Shown here: one piece after another, positions 28,649 to 39,333 of the stretch
Position numbering within the stretch: position 1 is the first letter of the stretch
Layout of the letters: the number at the start of each line of letters is the position of its first letter
DNA from: Alphaproteobacteria bacterium
Lineage (GTDB): Bacteria > Pseudomonadota > Alphaproteobacteria > UBA828
Direction of reading: 5' to 3'
DNA length: 64,000 nucleotides
Assembly: GCA_965237415.1 (NCBI GenBank)
Contig: CBDEFM010000002.1
Location: forward strand, 3,808,001 to 3,872,000
Notes under the pieces: generated by a model
Databases searched by the model: none
The model's input: the letters and a program-made list of their open reading frames with translations, nothing else
Told to the model about the DNA's origin: nothing
Made by a program: the position numbers and the translations under genes

Positions 28649-29377
28649 TCAGGAGCGGTTCTTGAAGCGCCAGCTCTCGTTGCCGGTCTCGATGATCTCG
28701 CAATGGTGGGTGAGACGATCGAGCAGGGCTGTGGTCATCTTGGGGTCGCCGAAGACCGAGGGCCATTCGCCGAAGGCGAGGTTTGTGGTGATGACGATCG
28801 AGGTTCGCTCGTAGAGCCGGCTCATGAGGTGGAAGAGCAGCTGCCCGCCGGCCTGGGCGAAGGGCAGGTAGCCGAGTTCGTCGAGGATGACGAAGTCGCG
28901 GCGGACGAGCTGGTCTGCGGTGCGGCCCTGGCGTCCGGCGCGGAGCTCGGCCTCGAGGTGGTTGACCAGGTCGACGACGTTGTAGCACCGGCCGCGGGCG
29001 CCCTTTCGGATGCAGGACCGGGCGATGGCGACGGCGAGATGGGTCTTGCCGGTGCCGGTGCCGCCGACCAGCACGATGTTGCGCTTGCCCTCCAGGAAGC
29101 CGCCACCGGCGAGCTCCTGGATCAGGGGCTCGTTGACCGGTGAGGCTGCGAAGTCGAAGTCGGCCAGCTCCTTGGCCGTCGGCAGCCTGGCGGACGCCAT
29201 CTGGTACTTGATGGAGCGCGCCTGCTTGTCGGCGACCTCGGTCTGCAGCAGCGTACCGATGATCTGCTGCACCGGATGGCGGCGCTTGAGCCCGTCGGCG
29301 AGGATATCGTCGTAGGCGGCACGCATCCCCGCGAGCTTCAGCGCCGTCATCATCGCCAGCACCTCATGACGCTCCAT
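28649..29377 (-). CDS. istB: IS21 helper ATPase IstB
   Basis: [25 protein letters not shown]. Confidence 0.95.
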   Translation of the reverse strand: MERHEVLAMMTALKLAGMRAAYDDILADGLKRRHPVQQIIGTLLQTEVADKQARSIKYQMASARLPTAKELADFDFAASPVNEPLIQELAGGGFLEGKRNIVLVGGTGTGKTHLAVAIARSCIRKGARGRCYNVVDLVNHLEAELRAGRQGRTADQLVRRDFVILDELGYLPFAQAGGQLLFHLMSRLYERTSIVITTNLAFGEWPSVFGDPKMTTALLDRLTHHCEIIETGNESWRFKNRS

Positions 29378-30700
29378 GACCGGCCTCCCTCAGGCTGTCA
29401 TAGCGCTGGCAATCGGCAACCGGCTGGTGACGAAGTTGCAGGCCCTCGGGCGTCGGGATCGCCGCCGGCGGCGCCGGCTGGCGCTGCCGGGCAAGGATGT
29501 TGAGCACGACGTCGGCGCTGCAGGCGCCGCAGTCGAGCGCCTCGGCGCAGGCCGCCTCGACCGCCTCCAGTCCGTCCTCCTGAACCGCCGCGAGCACCTT
29601 GACGAACTGCCGGTCGCCGTCGTTGTGGCCCGCGAGCCGGGTTCGCAGGCGCCCGAGCGCGTTGGGCAACTGCCAGCCCTTGAAGGGCGCGCCATTGCGC
29701 AGCGCGCCGGGCTTCCTCGTCAGGATCGGCACGTAGTGCCACGGATCGTAGACGAACCGGCCGCGCCCGAAGCTCCGGGGATGCTCGGCGACGATCTCGC
29801 CGTCCTGGCGGATGGCGATCCGATCGGCATAGGCCCGCACGTCCACCGGCCGCCCCACCGCGCGTGCCGCGACGCTGTACTGGTTGTTGTCGAAGCGCAC
29901 CAGACAGGTCTTGGAAACCGCTACCTCAGTGGCATGGAAGCCGTCGAAGGGGCCGCGGTACGCCATCAGGAAGGGCCGCTCCTCCTCGAACACCTGCGAC
30001 ACCGTCTTGCCCTCGATCGTCGGATGCGGCCGCTTCTTGGCGTCCTCGATGCACCGATCCATCAGCCACTCGTTGATCTCGGCGTAGGAGCGGCCCCGCG
30101 GGCTGGGCACGAACAGGCGGCCGCGAACGTCACCCACCTGCCTCTCGACCTGCCCCTTCTCCCAGCCAGCCCCTGGCGTGCACGCCACAGGCTCGACCAG
30201 ATGGTGCGAACACATCTCCTGGAAGCGGCGGTTGTAGTCCCGCTTCTTGCCCACGAACACCGTGCTCACCGCCGTCTTCATGTTGTCGTAGATGCCTCGC
30301 CGGCAGACCCCGCCGAAGAAGCGGAAGGCGCGCTCGTGCGCCTCGAACACCATCTCCTGGCTCTCGCGCGGGAAGATCTGAACCAGCTGCATCCGGCTGT
30401 AGCAGAGCCGCATGTGCGCCGCCTTCACCTTGGTCGTCACACCCGACAGGCGCGCGTACTCGTGGCTCCAGTCGAACTGGTAAGCCTCGCCGGGATCGAA
30501 GCTCAGCGGCACAAAGGCCTGCGACTGCGACAACAGCCGCCACCGGCGCCGCCAGGTCCTGGCATAGCGGCGCACCGCGTCATAGCCGCCGCCATAGCCC
30601 AGAGCCCCAAGGTCTTCATGAATCCGCAGAAGAGACAGCCGATCCTTGCGTGCCTTCTTCTCGTTGGCCTTCAGCTGGCGCTCGAGTTCCTCCACCCGGC
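29364..30700 (-). pseudogene. istA: IS21 transposase IstA lacking its N-terminal HTH
   Basis: PGEAYQFDW, YDNMKTAV, EKGQVE; upstream part of the 581-aa ORF is unrelated sequence. Confidence 0.8.
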
Positions 30701-31809
30701 GGCGGCCGGCGGGCGAGACGCCCGCGAGATCGTCATTGACAGGTTCACTCCCGATAAATACCGTTATCGCGAGTAAAATGGGGCTTGGAAAGCTGGCACC
30801 GCCTGCGCTCGGAACCGGCGCAAGCGCTTGATTTTGTGAGCCTTCTTCGACATGGCACGGTCCCTTCCGTCGGTGATGGACATCGGCTACCCCCTGCGCG
30901 TACCGAGAGCAAGCCGCGACCCGGAATCCGCCCTGGCGGACGCGCTGCCCGTGCGCGCCAACGGGGCGGTGCATCGGGTTGGATCTCGGGCGATCGGCGG
31001 AGTCCGGCGCCGATCCAGACGCCGGCGCGTTCAGCTCGGATGATGGTCGCCCGTTCCACCTCCGGGCCGGCACTCTCCGTTCCCGCCGGGCGACGGCTGG
31101 CCGGATCATGATCGATCCGGCCCTTGCGGGCCCAGGCGACCCGGGCCGTCCCGGTCTCGTGCGGCGCGCGCGCCGTCATGGTCCTGCCTCCCGCGGCCGT
31201 CTCTCGGACCGCCGCGTGCTGGACCGACTCCATTAACAGCACTCGGACCGGGAGAAAAATGCCTTTGCCGGGAAAATCCATGCCCGCCGCACATGGGGCC
31301 GGGCCGAACCCGCCGGCCTCGACTGCCGCCAAGATCTTCACCGGATCGCTCGGCCGCTCCAACATGGCGTTGCGCTTCGCACATCCCGGCGGCCGGATCG
31401 AATACGGAATATCAATCGACCGACGCGGCCGCCATAACCTGCGGTCGCGCCGGGTAATGCCGGCACGATCAGCGCCAGCTCGGCATCGAGCCTTAACTAG
31501 CCAGTGCTGTGTTCCACTCTATTCCCTGGTCGCAGAACGGATACCGGCGGGAGGCCTGTCCGCGAGCCCTGCTTCGACAGCGCTCGCCCTTGCCGGACCA
31601 GATTTGTAATCCCTTTGCTCGCCACTTGTTTGCCGCCCCCTCGATTGCGGCTTATCGCGGAGATCGATATGCTCTTGAAAACCTACTTATTTTCAATGAT
31701 TTAAGGGTGTCCAAAAGAGCCGGCCTTGAGCCAGATCCATGCAGTTTGCGGGTCTGAGGGCCTGGTCGCTTCGTTTGGTGACTTCGGGCATCGGAAACTC
31801 CGGTACCCT

Positions 31810-32000
31810 CTACCGGTCGGGGCACCGTATGGGTCTCCGACAGAATGCAAACCCGCGTGTATCATTGGCGGCCGCCGACCTGTCGACGAGAACCTCACGC
31901 CATCGAAGTTGGGGCCATTCGAACGACAGGCGCACCCTTGTCATCCGTTCCCTTGATGACGGTAGATCATCACAGGCAGGGCGCTGGCCTTCGCCGCCGT
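31810..32000. repeat. Degenerate ~190-bp direct repeat, copy 1
   Basis: Shares GAATGYAAACCCGCGTGTATC and CCCTTGATGACGGYAGATCATCA with 34419-34605. Confidence 0.7.
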
Positions 32001-32319
32001 CTCTAAATTGATCGCTGATCGTACCCTCGTTCGAGGACCTTGATCCGGAAATCCTCCATTACGAAAATACCTCAGCCTGTCCCATAGGCGTTGACGTAGA
32101 CACTCTGTAGGCGACCGGCCGGCCATCCGGGATTTGGCGGCGTATGTCTCCCGATACAAGATCGACAACTCCGAGCTTTGTCACAATGTCGAAGCCCTTC
32201 TGACCCGGGTCTTAACCAACCAGACGCACAACGGAAACATGGGCAAGTTCAAGCCCGCCTAGAGGCCGCCGATACCCTTCGGGCCTCCGTCCCTGTCAAG
32301 GTTTTCGAGGGAGTAACCC

Positions 32320-33105
32320 ATGTCTGACAGCCGAACCGCGCTCCGCATCGGCACCTGGAACACGTATTGGGCAAAACCGGGAACGGCGCGGGGCCGCCGT
32401 GTCGTCGACGCCCTGGCCGCGCCCGGCTGCGACATCCTGTGCGTGACCGAGGGATACGCCGGCATCCCCCCGGTCGGCGGCCATGTCATCGACGCCGGCC
32501 CCGACTGGGGCTACCGCGCCCAGGAAGGGCGCCGGAAGGTGCTGCTGTGGAGCAAACGGCCCTGGTCCGATGTCGATCCGGCCGGCTCCGACGCGCTTCC
32601 CGGCGGGCGGTTCGTGGCCGGAACCACGGAGACCGTGCTGGGTCCCCTGTCGGTCGTCGGCGTCTGCATTTCTTGGCGCGACGCGCATGTCCGCACCGGC
32701 CACAAGGACCGGGGAGCATGGCAGGATCACGAGTCTTGGCTCACCGGGTTCGCGGCGCTGCCCTATCGGCGCGCCGGGGAAAGGACCGTGGTCCTCGGCG
32801 ACTTCAATCAACCAATCCCGCGAAGGCGGCAGCCCAAGCGCACCTACGCGGCGTTAAGAGACGCGTTCGCGGAGCTCGCGTTCGCGACCGCCGGAGAGCT
32901 CGCGGGGACGCCTGAGCTGGCAATCGATCACATCGCTCATACCCCGGATCTGGCGCTCGCCAACGATATCCGGATTTGGCCGAAGCTGAGCGCCGGAACC
33001 AGACTTTCGGACCATATCGGCGTCCGGGGGGAGTTCGTGCTTTCGCCGCCGCCGCGCCGACTGTCGGACGCCGACGCCGCGAGACGACCGGCCGGCAATG
33101 CCTGA
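32320..33105 (+). CDS. Endonuclease/exonuclease/phosphatase (EEP) family protein
   Basis: IGTWN, DILCVTE, VLGDFN, IDHI, SDH. Confidence 0.9.
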   Translation: MSDSRTALRIGTWNTYWAKPGTARGRRVVDALAAPGCDILCVTEGYAGIPPVGGHVIDAGPDWGYRAQEGRRKVLLWSKRPWSDVDPAGSDALPGGRFVAGTTETVLGPLSVVGVCISWRDAHVRTGHKDRGAWQDHESWLTGFAALPYRRAGERTVVLGDFNQPIPRRRQPKRTYAALRDAFAELAFATAGELAGTPELAIDHIAHTPDLALANDIRIWPKLSAGTRLSDHIGVRGEFVLSPPPRRLSDADAARRPAGNA

Positions 33106-33229
33106 GGCGGGAGGCCGCCCCGGTCAGGCTCCATTCGCGCGATTGAGGTAGAGCTCGGTAACGGCGCGGGCGGATTCGTCGACACTCGGCAGGAGGACCT
33201 CGCTGGTGACGTTCAGCAACCTGAGTGTC

Positions 33230-33279
33230 AAGGCGGGGTTCTGGTCGAGAGTCGAGACCCTAGCGTAGCCGATCAACAT
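33230..33279 (-). pseudogene. Serine resolvase/invertase N-terminal remnant
   Basis: MLIGYARVSTLDQN, then homology is lost; res-like AT-rich sequence upstream (33290-33430). Confidence 0.75.
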
Positions 33280-33517
33280 GCTGCTGCTTCCGCTTCTCGA
33301 AAACGGGGACATGGTAGGTTTTGCGACGATGGAGTTTCAACAACGTTTTTGGGAAATGAATCGCGTGGGGTGGGCGGCGCGGCGGAGGTGGCCGGTGCGG
33401 GGCCCTGAAAAAGTTCGTTTTCGGGAATCGGTACGAATGTCGGCGCAACTCTGGCGCGCGGAGTCGAAAGGGTTGAGGTTCGTGGCCTGGCGGCATGGTC
33501 TCGATTTGTCGCGCTTA

Positions 33518-34045
33518 TCAGAGGTTGAGTAGGCGTCGCAGATTTGTTGTTTCATTGGAGGGTTGGCCTGGAGGACTCCTGAATAAACCGGGTATCATGA
33601 CTTCTGTGGAGAAGGCGGTTCCACTTATATTGAGTAGATTTTTGTTGGCGTCTAAACAGTGGCGAATCAGCAGGTTTTCCACCCAGTCTGCCTCTTTCTG
33701 CCCTAATTTTTTCACGAATCTCTGCCCTCCCGGCGTCATCCGTGCGACAAGGAACATGATCGGCGTTCCTTGCCATTTGAGGACCGCTGTGTTGTAGTGG
33801 AGCAGTTTATGGGGTGTGAAACATTCGTTTTTGAATGACTTCTTGGCTTGGCCGACGTACCAGGGCCTTGCTCCCTTTCCTGCCCGGATGCCGAAGATGT
33901 AGCAGCCGGTCGCGGTTGCCAGCTCGCTGGCCGCGTCGTTCGCGTTCTTCCAAAAACCGCTAAGTCTTTTTCGGTCGACCTGTCGAAGGTCATCGGTGCG
34001 AGGGATGTCGAGCGGCCCGTATACGCGGTAATTCCTTGGTGGCAC
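33518..34045 (-). CDS. GIY-YIG nuclease-like protein
   Basis: GCYIF..PWYVGQA, later E..LI and LLN; lower GC. Confidence 0.7.
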   Translation of the reverse strand: MPPRNYRVYGPLDIPRTDDLRQVDRKRLSGFWKNANDAASELATATGCYIFGIRAGKGARPWYVGQAKKSFKNECFTPHKLLHYNTAVLKWQGTPIMFLVARMTPGGQRFVKKLGQKEADWVENLLIRHCLDANKNLLNISGTAFSTEVMIPGLFRSPPGQPSNETTNLRRLLNL

Positions 34046-34418
34046 TGCGGTGTCCTCCGGTTCGTAGTCTACTTTCAGCCGGCTGTTTGGGCACGCGAGT
34101 CACTGTCGATCCGGGGATTGTACCAACAAAACGGGCGTTTTCGGAAACGAGGGGAGGGGCTGTCGCGGGGCGTCGGGTCGAGTTGGTGGGCGGGGCGGCG
34201 GTAGGGTACCAGACGAGGGCATTGCCTGATGGCAACCGGCCCCTGGCTCACCTGGCTGCCGCTCGCCTTCGACCGCCTGCGATACCGGTCCGGCTTCATC
34301 GCCCGGCAGTCCGCCGACGGTCTGGCGCCGTTCCGGCTGCTGGAAAAGACCGCGCGAGGAACCGCCCTGGAGCGGAGCGGCCGATCCCCCTACCAAGGCG
34401 TCCGGTGAGCCTGCTCAC

Positions 34419-34605
34419 CTGCCTGTTGGGGAACCGCATGGGTTCCCTGCCGAATGTAAACCCGCGTGTATCGTCGGCGCCGATTGCGGGGTCCAGAATA
34501 CCCTCGCGCCTTGAGGCACGGAGGCCCCGGACGACAACCTCACCCTTGTCAGCCATACCCTTGATGACGGCAGATCATCATGGGCAGGGGTGTTGCCTTC
34601 TCTAT
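34419..34605. repeat. Degenerate ~190-bp direct repeat, copy 2
   Basis: See 31810-32000. Confidence 0.7.
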
Positions 34606-34740
34606 CGTCTTGAAATCCAACGACGATTGCATCCGCCACCGGGGAGCTCGATCACCATTTTGTGCCCAGCATGGGCGGCGTTTATTCGATCTGGTTTTCC
34701 CAAATGCGCCGGCTGTGACGCCGCGCGGGCTCAGGCGCCA

Positions 34741-34940
34741 AAAGTTTTCCTGCTTATCCAAGAAAGTCCGCTCACCGATGCCTTGTTCCTGCTCGTGTCT
34801 AAGTCCGACGAGGTCACAACGACGTAGCCGGGAGTTGCACGGTGCGGACTCGGATATGGCACAGCGACTGGAAACCGCGATGGCTCATACGTTGCGTCTC
34901 GGCAGCCTTGCTGAGCTTCATGGATAAGCAGGAAAGTTTT
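34741..34940. repeat. Inverted repeat pair enclosing 160 bp
   Basis: TTTCCTGCTTATCCA (34746-34760) / TGGATAAGCAGGAAA (34921-34935). Confidence 0.8.
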
Positions 34941-34967
34941 TTTCGCGGCACTAACTCAAAATCTAAT

Positions 34968-35645
34968 TCATGGCGGCACAACATAGGTTTTTATCCTGGT
35001 CTCTTCGCTATATTTTGGATTTACATAAGATAGTGTAATCGTATTACTGTTACTGTTCGTCCAGCCAGTTTCTGCACCGACTGTAACAACTTTCGCTCTG
35101 ATACCAGTTGTCGTGGACCCTTCGGTAACGAAAACGAAATGGAGTTCCAATTTTATCGATTTCGCTTCAAGTACTGGTTTACTATTCAACGAGTCTTGTA
35201 GCGTCTCGCGAATTGATACCAACAACTTGGCAAACTGTATTACTGACCGTTGCGCGGCGCCGAGAGTCTGACTTCCCACAGGTGGGGCGAGAAGTATCGT
35301 CAACCTTGATCCAGTTTTTGTGAACCGTGCGGCCCGGGAATTGACGTTACCACTGCGGAAAATTGGTACCTTCAGTTCTAGATCCACATTGTTCATTACC
35401 TCTTGCTGGACTACTAGTTCGAGTGCAATATCTCTCAGATCGAGGCCCAGCGATGATCCCGCTGTTTGACTAAAGATCTTCAGCTCCCGCTTGATTTCCG
35501 TTAACGTTTTTTTAAGAGAAAGTCCCATCGAAACAGATTCAATTGAACTTTCCATACCCGACAAATAGCTCGCCAATTTCCCCACTCCATCTGCCGCTAA
35601 CAACGCCGCAACAATCGCAAAAAACAACTTGATCGCTTGCATCAT
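34968..35645 (-). CDS. Signal/TM-anchored protein with two Trypco2-like domains
   Basis: Twice: helix (LKKTLTEIKREL / LLVSIRETL), then I.LEL strand, glycine-rich beta hairpin, final LTI.L/ITLSY strand. Confidence 0.6.
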   Translation of the reverse strand: MMQAIKLFFAIVAALLAADGVGKLASYLSGMESSIESVSMGLSLKKTLTEIKRELKIFSQTAGSSLGLDLRDIALELVVQQEVMNNVDLELKVPIFRSGNVNSRAARFTKTGSRLTILLAPPVGSQTLGAAQRSVIQFAKLLVSIRETLQDSLNSKPVLEAKSIKLELHFVFVTEGSTTTGIRAKVVTVGAETGWTNSNSNTITLSYVNPKYSEETRIKTYVVPP

Positions 35646-35646
35646 T

Positions 35647-36849
35647 CTATTTCCGTAGTACTTTCGACGGGAGAACTTTTGGATTAGCGATACCGAACCT
35701 CCCGAACTGCCTATTTATGTATTGACGGTCAACTAGGCCGGCACCCACTACATGAGCAGGCTCGCTCGGCAGAGGTATGGCGGTGTCCAAAAGCAATTGT
35801 TTAACCATCTTCCAGGGGTAATCCGGTAAGTACTCATAGACGACGGAGCCATTAGCATCCTCTATTGCTGTTCCAGTTAATCGATGTTTGGCACGATCGT
35901 AATGGGTGATCCTGTCGTGAGTTGCTGTGAGAGAAAAGAGAGGTTGACCTGTCTGTGTTCCAGCGTTGGTTTGTGCCAATTTTATGAGAAAGTGTAGAAT
36001 CTGTGCGGCGGCGCCTGAAGTGGCGGCCGCCGCTTGACTAGTGCCAGATTCAATTGTGTAAATGTCCCACTTATCTCGTGGCACGACTCTTTGAAATTGC
36101 GCATTTGATTCATCCCGCTGACGGCGCTCTGGCGACTTCTTCAGGTGCCTCGGATAGGGACCGATAACATCGACACCATGAGCAACGACATCCGGCCAGG
36201 ATTCCCGATCATTCGGATCGCCGCGCGACGAAAACGCCGCTACCTTGCCTTTGCTTGCGTCATAGGCACCCGCACAGATAACCCATACTGGATAACACCA
36301 AGGGTTGATCCAACCATTAGGTCTGCCACCAGCACCGCCAGAGTTACCAATGGCGATAATGGGTATTAGACCAGCGTTTGCCGACGCTCTAGTAGCGGCA
36401 TGAATAGGAGCGTCCATGTCCGGAGAGTTACGCCAGAAGCGGGTCTGAGGACCGATGCTTAGGTTCACCAGATTGGGTAACGCTAGCGTCCTAATATTGT
36501 AGTCAAGGGCCGCTATCGTATTAACGTAAAGATCGGCAAGATCAGGATGCAAATACCAAACCTGAAGTACGTGAGGTTCAGTTGCGATCTTGAAGGCATG
36601 CTTGACTAGTAGCTTGGTAGCCAATCCGTTAATCAACTTTAAGAACTTAACTGGCTCTAAAACTTCCCCAATTCCCAAACCCTTTAGTGTAGGTTCGACA
36701 TTATCGGCAAATCGTACGACAAATGTGTAGCGTTGTGATAACTGCAGGCGCAGGGCGTCTAATTTATCCGCCGGTCCGATACTCCCTGCGTGACCGATTT
36801 GCACTACTGCGGTGCACATTCCGAAGAGCAGTAGTAGTTTATGAAACAT
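35647..36849 (-). CDS. Secreted S8 subtilase-like protein, atypical
   Basis: Signal peptide, VNLSIG, AIGNSG, FSSRG, PDVVAHG, SGTSQA; no DTG or HGT motif. Confidence 0.8.
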   Translation of the reverse strand: MFHKLLLLFGMCTAVVQIGHAGSIGPADKLDALRLQLSQRYTFVVRFADNVEPTLKGLGIGEVLEPVKFLKLINGLATKLLVKHAFKIATEPHVLQVWYLHPDLADLYVNTIAALDYNIRTLALPNLVNLSIGPQTRFWRNSPDMDAPIHAATRASANAGLIPIIAIGNSGGAGGRPNGWINPWCYPVWVICAGAYDASKGKVAAFSSRGDPNDRESWPDVVAHGVDVIGPYPRHLKKSPERRQRDESNAQFQRVVPRDKWDIYTIESGTSQAAAATSGAAAQILHFLIKLAQTNAGTQTGQPLFSLTATHDRITHYDRAKHRLTGTAIEDANGSVVYEYLPDYPWKMVKQLLLDTAIPLPSEPAHVVGAGLVDRQYINRQFGRFGIANPKVLPSKVLRK

Positions 36850-37743
36850 GGCTTGAAGCTCAGTTTCTAGCTATTTCCAAGGGATCGATACATCGAAGGT
36901 CGCAATGGATAAAGCATGACAGTCATGCAAAAAAACTCATGTATTAAAATGCCATAAGAAGCACATTGCGAGGACATCTGGGGAGTAGCTCTGCATGTCG
37001 AAGTCCAGAACAGTGCTCCGCTTGTGGCCATACCAATTTCTGAACGATCAGGCGTAGGCTTTCCGCGAAAGCCAGAGGCCATGCGGCTATACTCGATGAA
37101 CCGGTAATTGGACTTCCATTCAAATACCGCGCGAGTCTCCGGACCGTGCCTTCAAGCCTCGATGTGTACCACCCGTACGTATCAGGTGACCGGATCGGCC
37201 CCCAGCGACGGACCCAAACTGAACAATAGCACATTTGGAGGCTTCCCGACAAGCACGGTTGCCGGAAGAGCAGTGCCAAGCAGTGTTCGTGTTAGACACA
37301 CTCGATTGGGAGATCATTGCGTGCGAGACTGCCGCAAACGCTGGCATTTTCGGCTCCGTTAACCGACATCGTAGCGAAGCGACACGATCGTATCCTTCTG
37401 GCGCCGCGCTGCCTCCAGGGCCTTGTGCAGCCAACCGACCTTCATGCGCAGCGACGCGGTCGGGCTGCGTCTCCGCCGCCTTGACACAGGCTTCCGAACA
37501 GAGATTCTTTAGCCGCGCCACCTCGGGCTCAAACGAAAGCGCATCCTTCGCCACACCGTGGACTTCCTTCGTCTCCTCGATGGTCGCCTTCAGCTTGTTC
37601 CGACGATCCAGCATCGCAGGCAAGTCAAAGTCAAACATCAACCGACATTCCAGCCGGCCCATCCAATGGTGTCGGTTAAGCCACACTTGCAATAGTTTGA
37701 CTGAGTGGCCAAGCTAAAGTCGAGTCCAAAGGAGCAGGTAGGC

Positions 37744-38931
37744 ATGTCGCTGATCCGGTTGTCTGTACTGAAAGACAAAGCTTATGCGCCCGAGGCCTAT
37801 GGCGGTATTGCGCTGCATGACTACAGCCGTGCCCAGCGCCGGCCACTGGGCCTGGGCGGCATGGAAACACTCACACCGCCCGAACTTGCTGCGCCGAACA
37901 GCGATTTTCGCCATTATATCGACCGCGCGGTCAAACAAGCGATCGATGTCCCGGACTTTCGCGGGCCAATTGTCGTAATGATCCACGGGTTCCTGTTCGA
38001 CCCCAGGACGGCGGTCAGCGAAGATCCGAAGGACACGGATAATCCTCATGGCCGTGTCTACCATTTCACGAAGAAGCCGGAGCCACAGGAGCAACGCCAT
38101 CATACCGCGAGCTGGCCTCTCGGCCTCGGCTTCGATACCCAGCTGGATGGCGGCAGACAGGGCCTCGCCGTCGCCTTCGGCTGGCAAAGTCAACCCGGAT
38201 TCGCCTCGTCGCTACTCGATTACTCGCAGAATTTCTACGCGCGCGCCTACGACAACGCTGGCAGGACAGCCTGGGTACTGGTCAATTTGATCACTGCGTT
38301 GGCGGAATCGATTCCAGACCGACCGATCGACCTGTTCTGTCACAGTCTCGGTTCTCGGGTCGTCCTGCGCGCACTTGCCCTGATCGCCAAACACGCCGAC
38401 GAAGGTGGCCCGGGTGTGATTCTCGACACAGAGGTGTCGAAGAGGCTCTTGCAGCGTGTCGGCCGCGTGATCATTCTTGGCGGCGCGGAGTATGTCGTGG
38501 AGGCGCAACTCATGTGCCGGCGATTGTCGTCCCGGGATCTCGCTTCCATGCCCCATTTCTACAACATCGTCTCGCGAGAGAACGATGTCCTTGACAAGCT
38601 GGCGGAGAACTTCGGCCCGCGCACCTTCGGCAACAGTCAAGTCATCGGACACAACGGTCTCAACACAGAATACAAGGAGAGCTATTGGATCGATTTGCAA
38701 ATCGACAGCGGCGCTCTCCGTGAGTGGATGCGCGATCCACCCCGCAATATCGACATTTCCGGCGACAATCCCGGCAATGTCTGGGATCATTGGTACTATT
38801 ATACCTACCGCGGAAACATGGAACTTTACAAAAACATTCTGCGTGAGCGCGATTCTTGGTCGATCGTCAACTTGCGCGATGCAGGCGTGCCCGACGGCGT
38901 CCCGCTGCGATGGTGGCGCTTGGGCGATTGA
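37744..38931 (+). CDS. Alpha/beta hydrolase (DUF900/DUF726-like)
   Basis: VMIHGF, CHSLG nucleophile elbow, NDVL, DHW. Confidence 0.8.
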   Translation: MSLIRLSVLKDKAYAPEAYGGIALHDYSRAQRRPLGLGGMETLTPPELAAPNSDFRHYIDRAVKQAIDVPDFRGPIVVMIHGFLFDPRTAVSEDPKDTDNPHGRVYHFTKKPEPQEQRHHTASWPLGLGFDTQLDGGRQGLAVAFGWQSQPGFASSLLDYSQNFYARAYDNAGRTAWVLVNLITALAESIPDRPIDLFCHSLGSRVVLRALALIAKHADEGGPGVILDTEVSKRLLQRVGRVIILGGAEYVVEAQLMCRRLSSRDLASMPHFYNIVSRENDVLDKLAENFGPRTFGNSQVIGHNGLNTEYKESYWIDLQIDSGALREWMRDPPRNIDISGDNPGNVWDHWYYYTYRGNMELYKNILRERDSWSIVNLRDAGVPDGVPLRWWRLGD

Positions 38932-39179
38932 TTGGCAATGCATGGAACTGTCGGAAATCATTTTCGTCATTTCCACAGCACCGAATCTTCCCAGGGAAAA
39001 AACAGGCCTCGGTTCCGGTGCGGAGCGGCAGGTCAAGGCCTTTGCACTCGTTGTTCGGTGCCGGCGCGTGACACACTCGATTCAAATTTAATCGATACGT
39101 CATCATGCCGATCAGGCACGACCATCGCGCCGAACGACAGTGCAGGTCCTCGAGACCGCGGCGCGCGGTGGCCGTCCTG

Positions 39180-39295
39180 TCCACCGGCCGTATTTCCTTT
39201 GCCGCAAGGTCCATCGCCTCCCAACGCAACGACGGGATCTCGTTCTTCCGACAAACGGTGACCAACATCAAGCGGACTGCCGCGACCGCGTGCAC
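39180..39295 (-). pseudogene. Degenerate tyrosine integrase fragment
   Basis: AVAAVRLMLVTVCRKNEIPSLRWEAMDL matches box I of the neighbouring integrases (AIRLLMLTGCRKSEILTLRW). Confidence 0.75.
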
Positions 39296-39333
39296 ACCAA
39301 CCAATCCTATATTCGCAGTACCAGCGCCTGTAC

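Larger units (their letters stand above)
28447..30700 (-). mobile_element. IS21-family element, truncated at the istA 5' end
   Basis: Terminus TGTCAAACGG with repeated TGACCCCC; istA-istB; far boundary approximate. Confidence 0.85.

Noticed and set aside
30700-31400. N-terminal extension of IstA and overlapping ORFs
   Set aside because: No recognisable motifs; chance read-through into unrelated DNA
36867-37717. ORFs between the subtilase and the hydrolase
   Set aside because: No motifs recognised; conflicting overlapping frames
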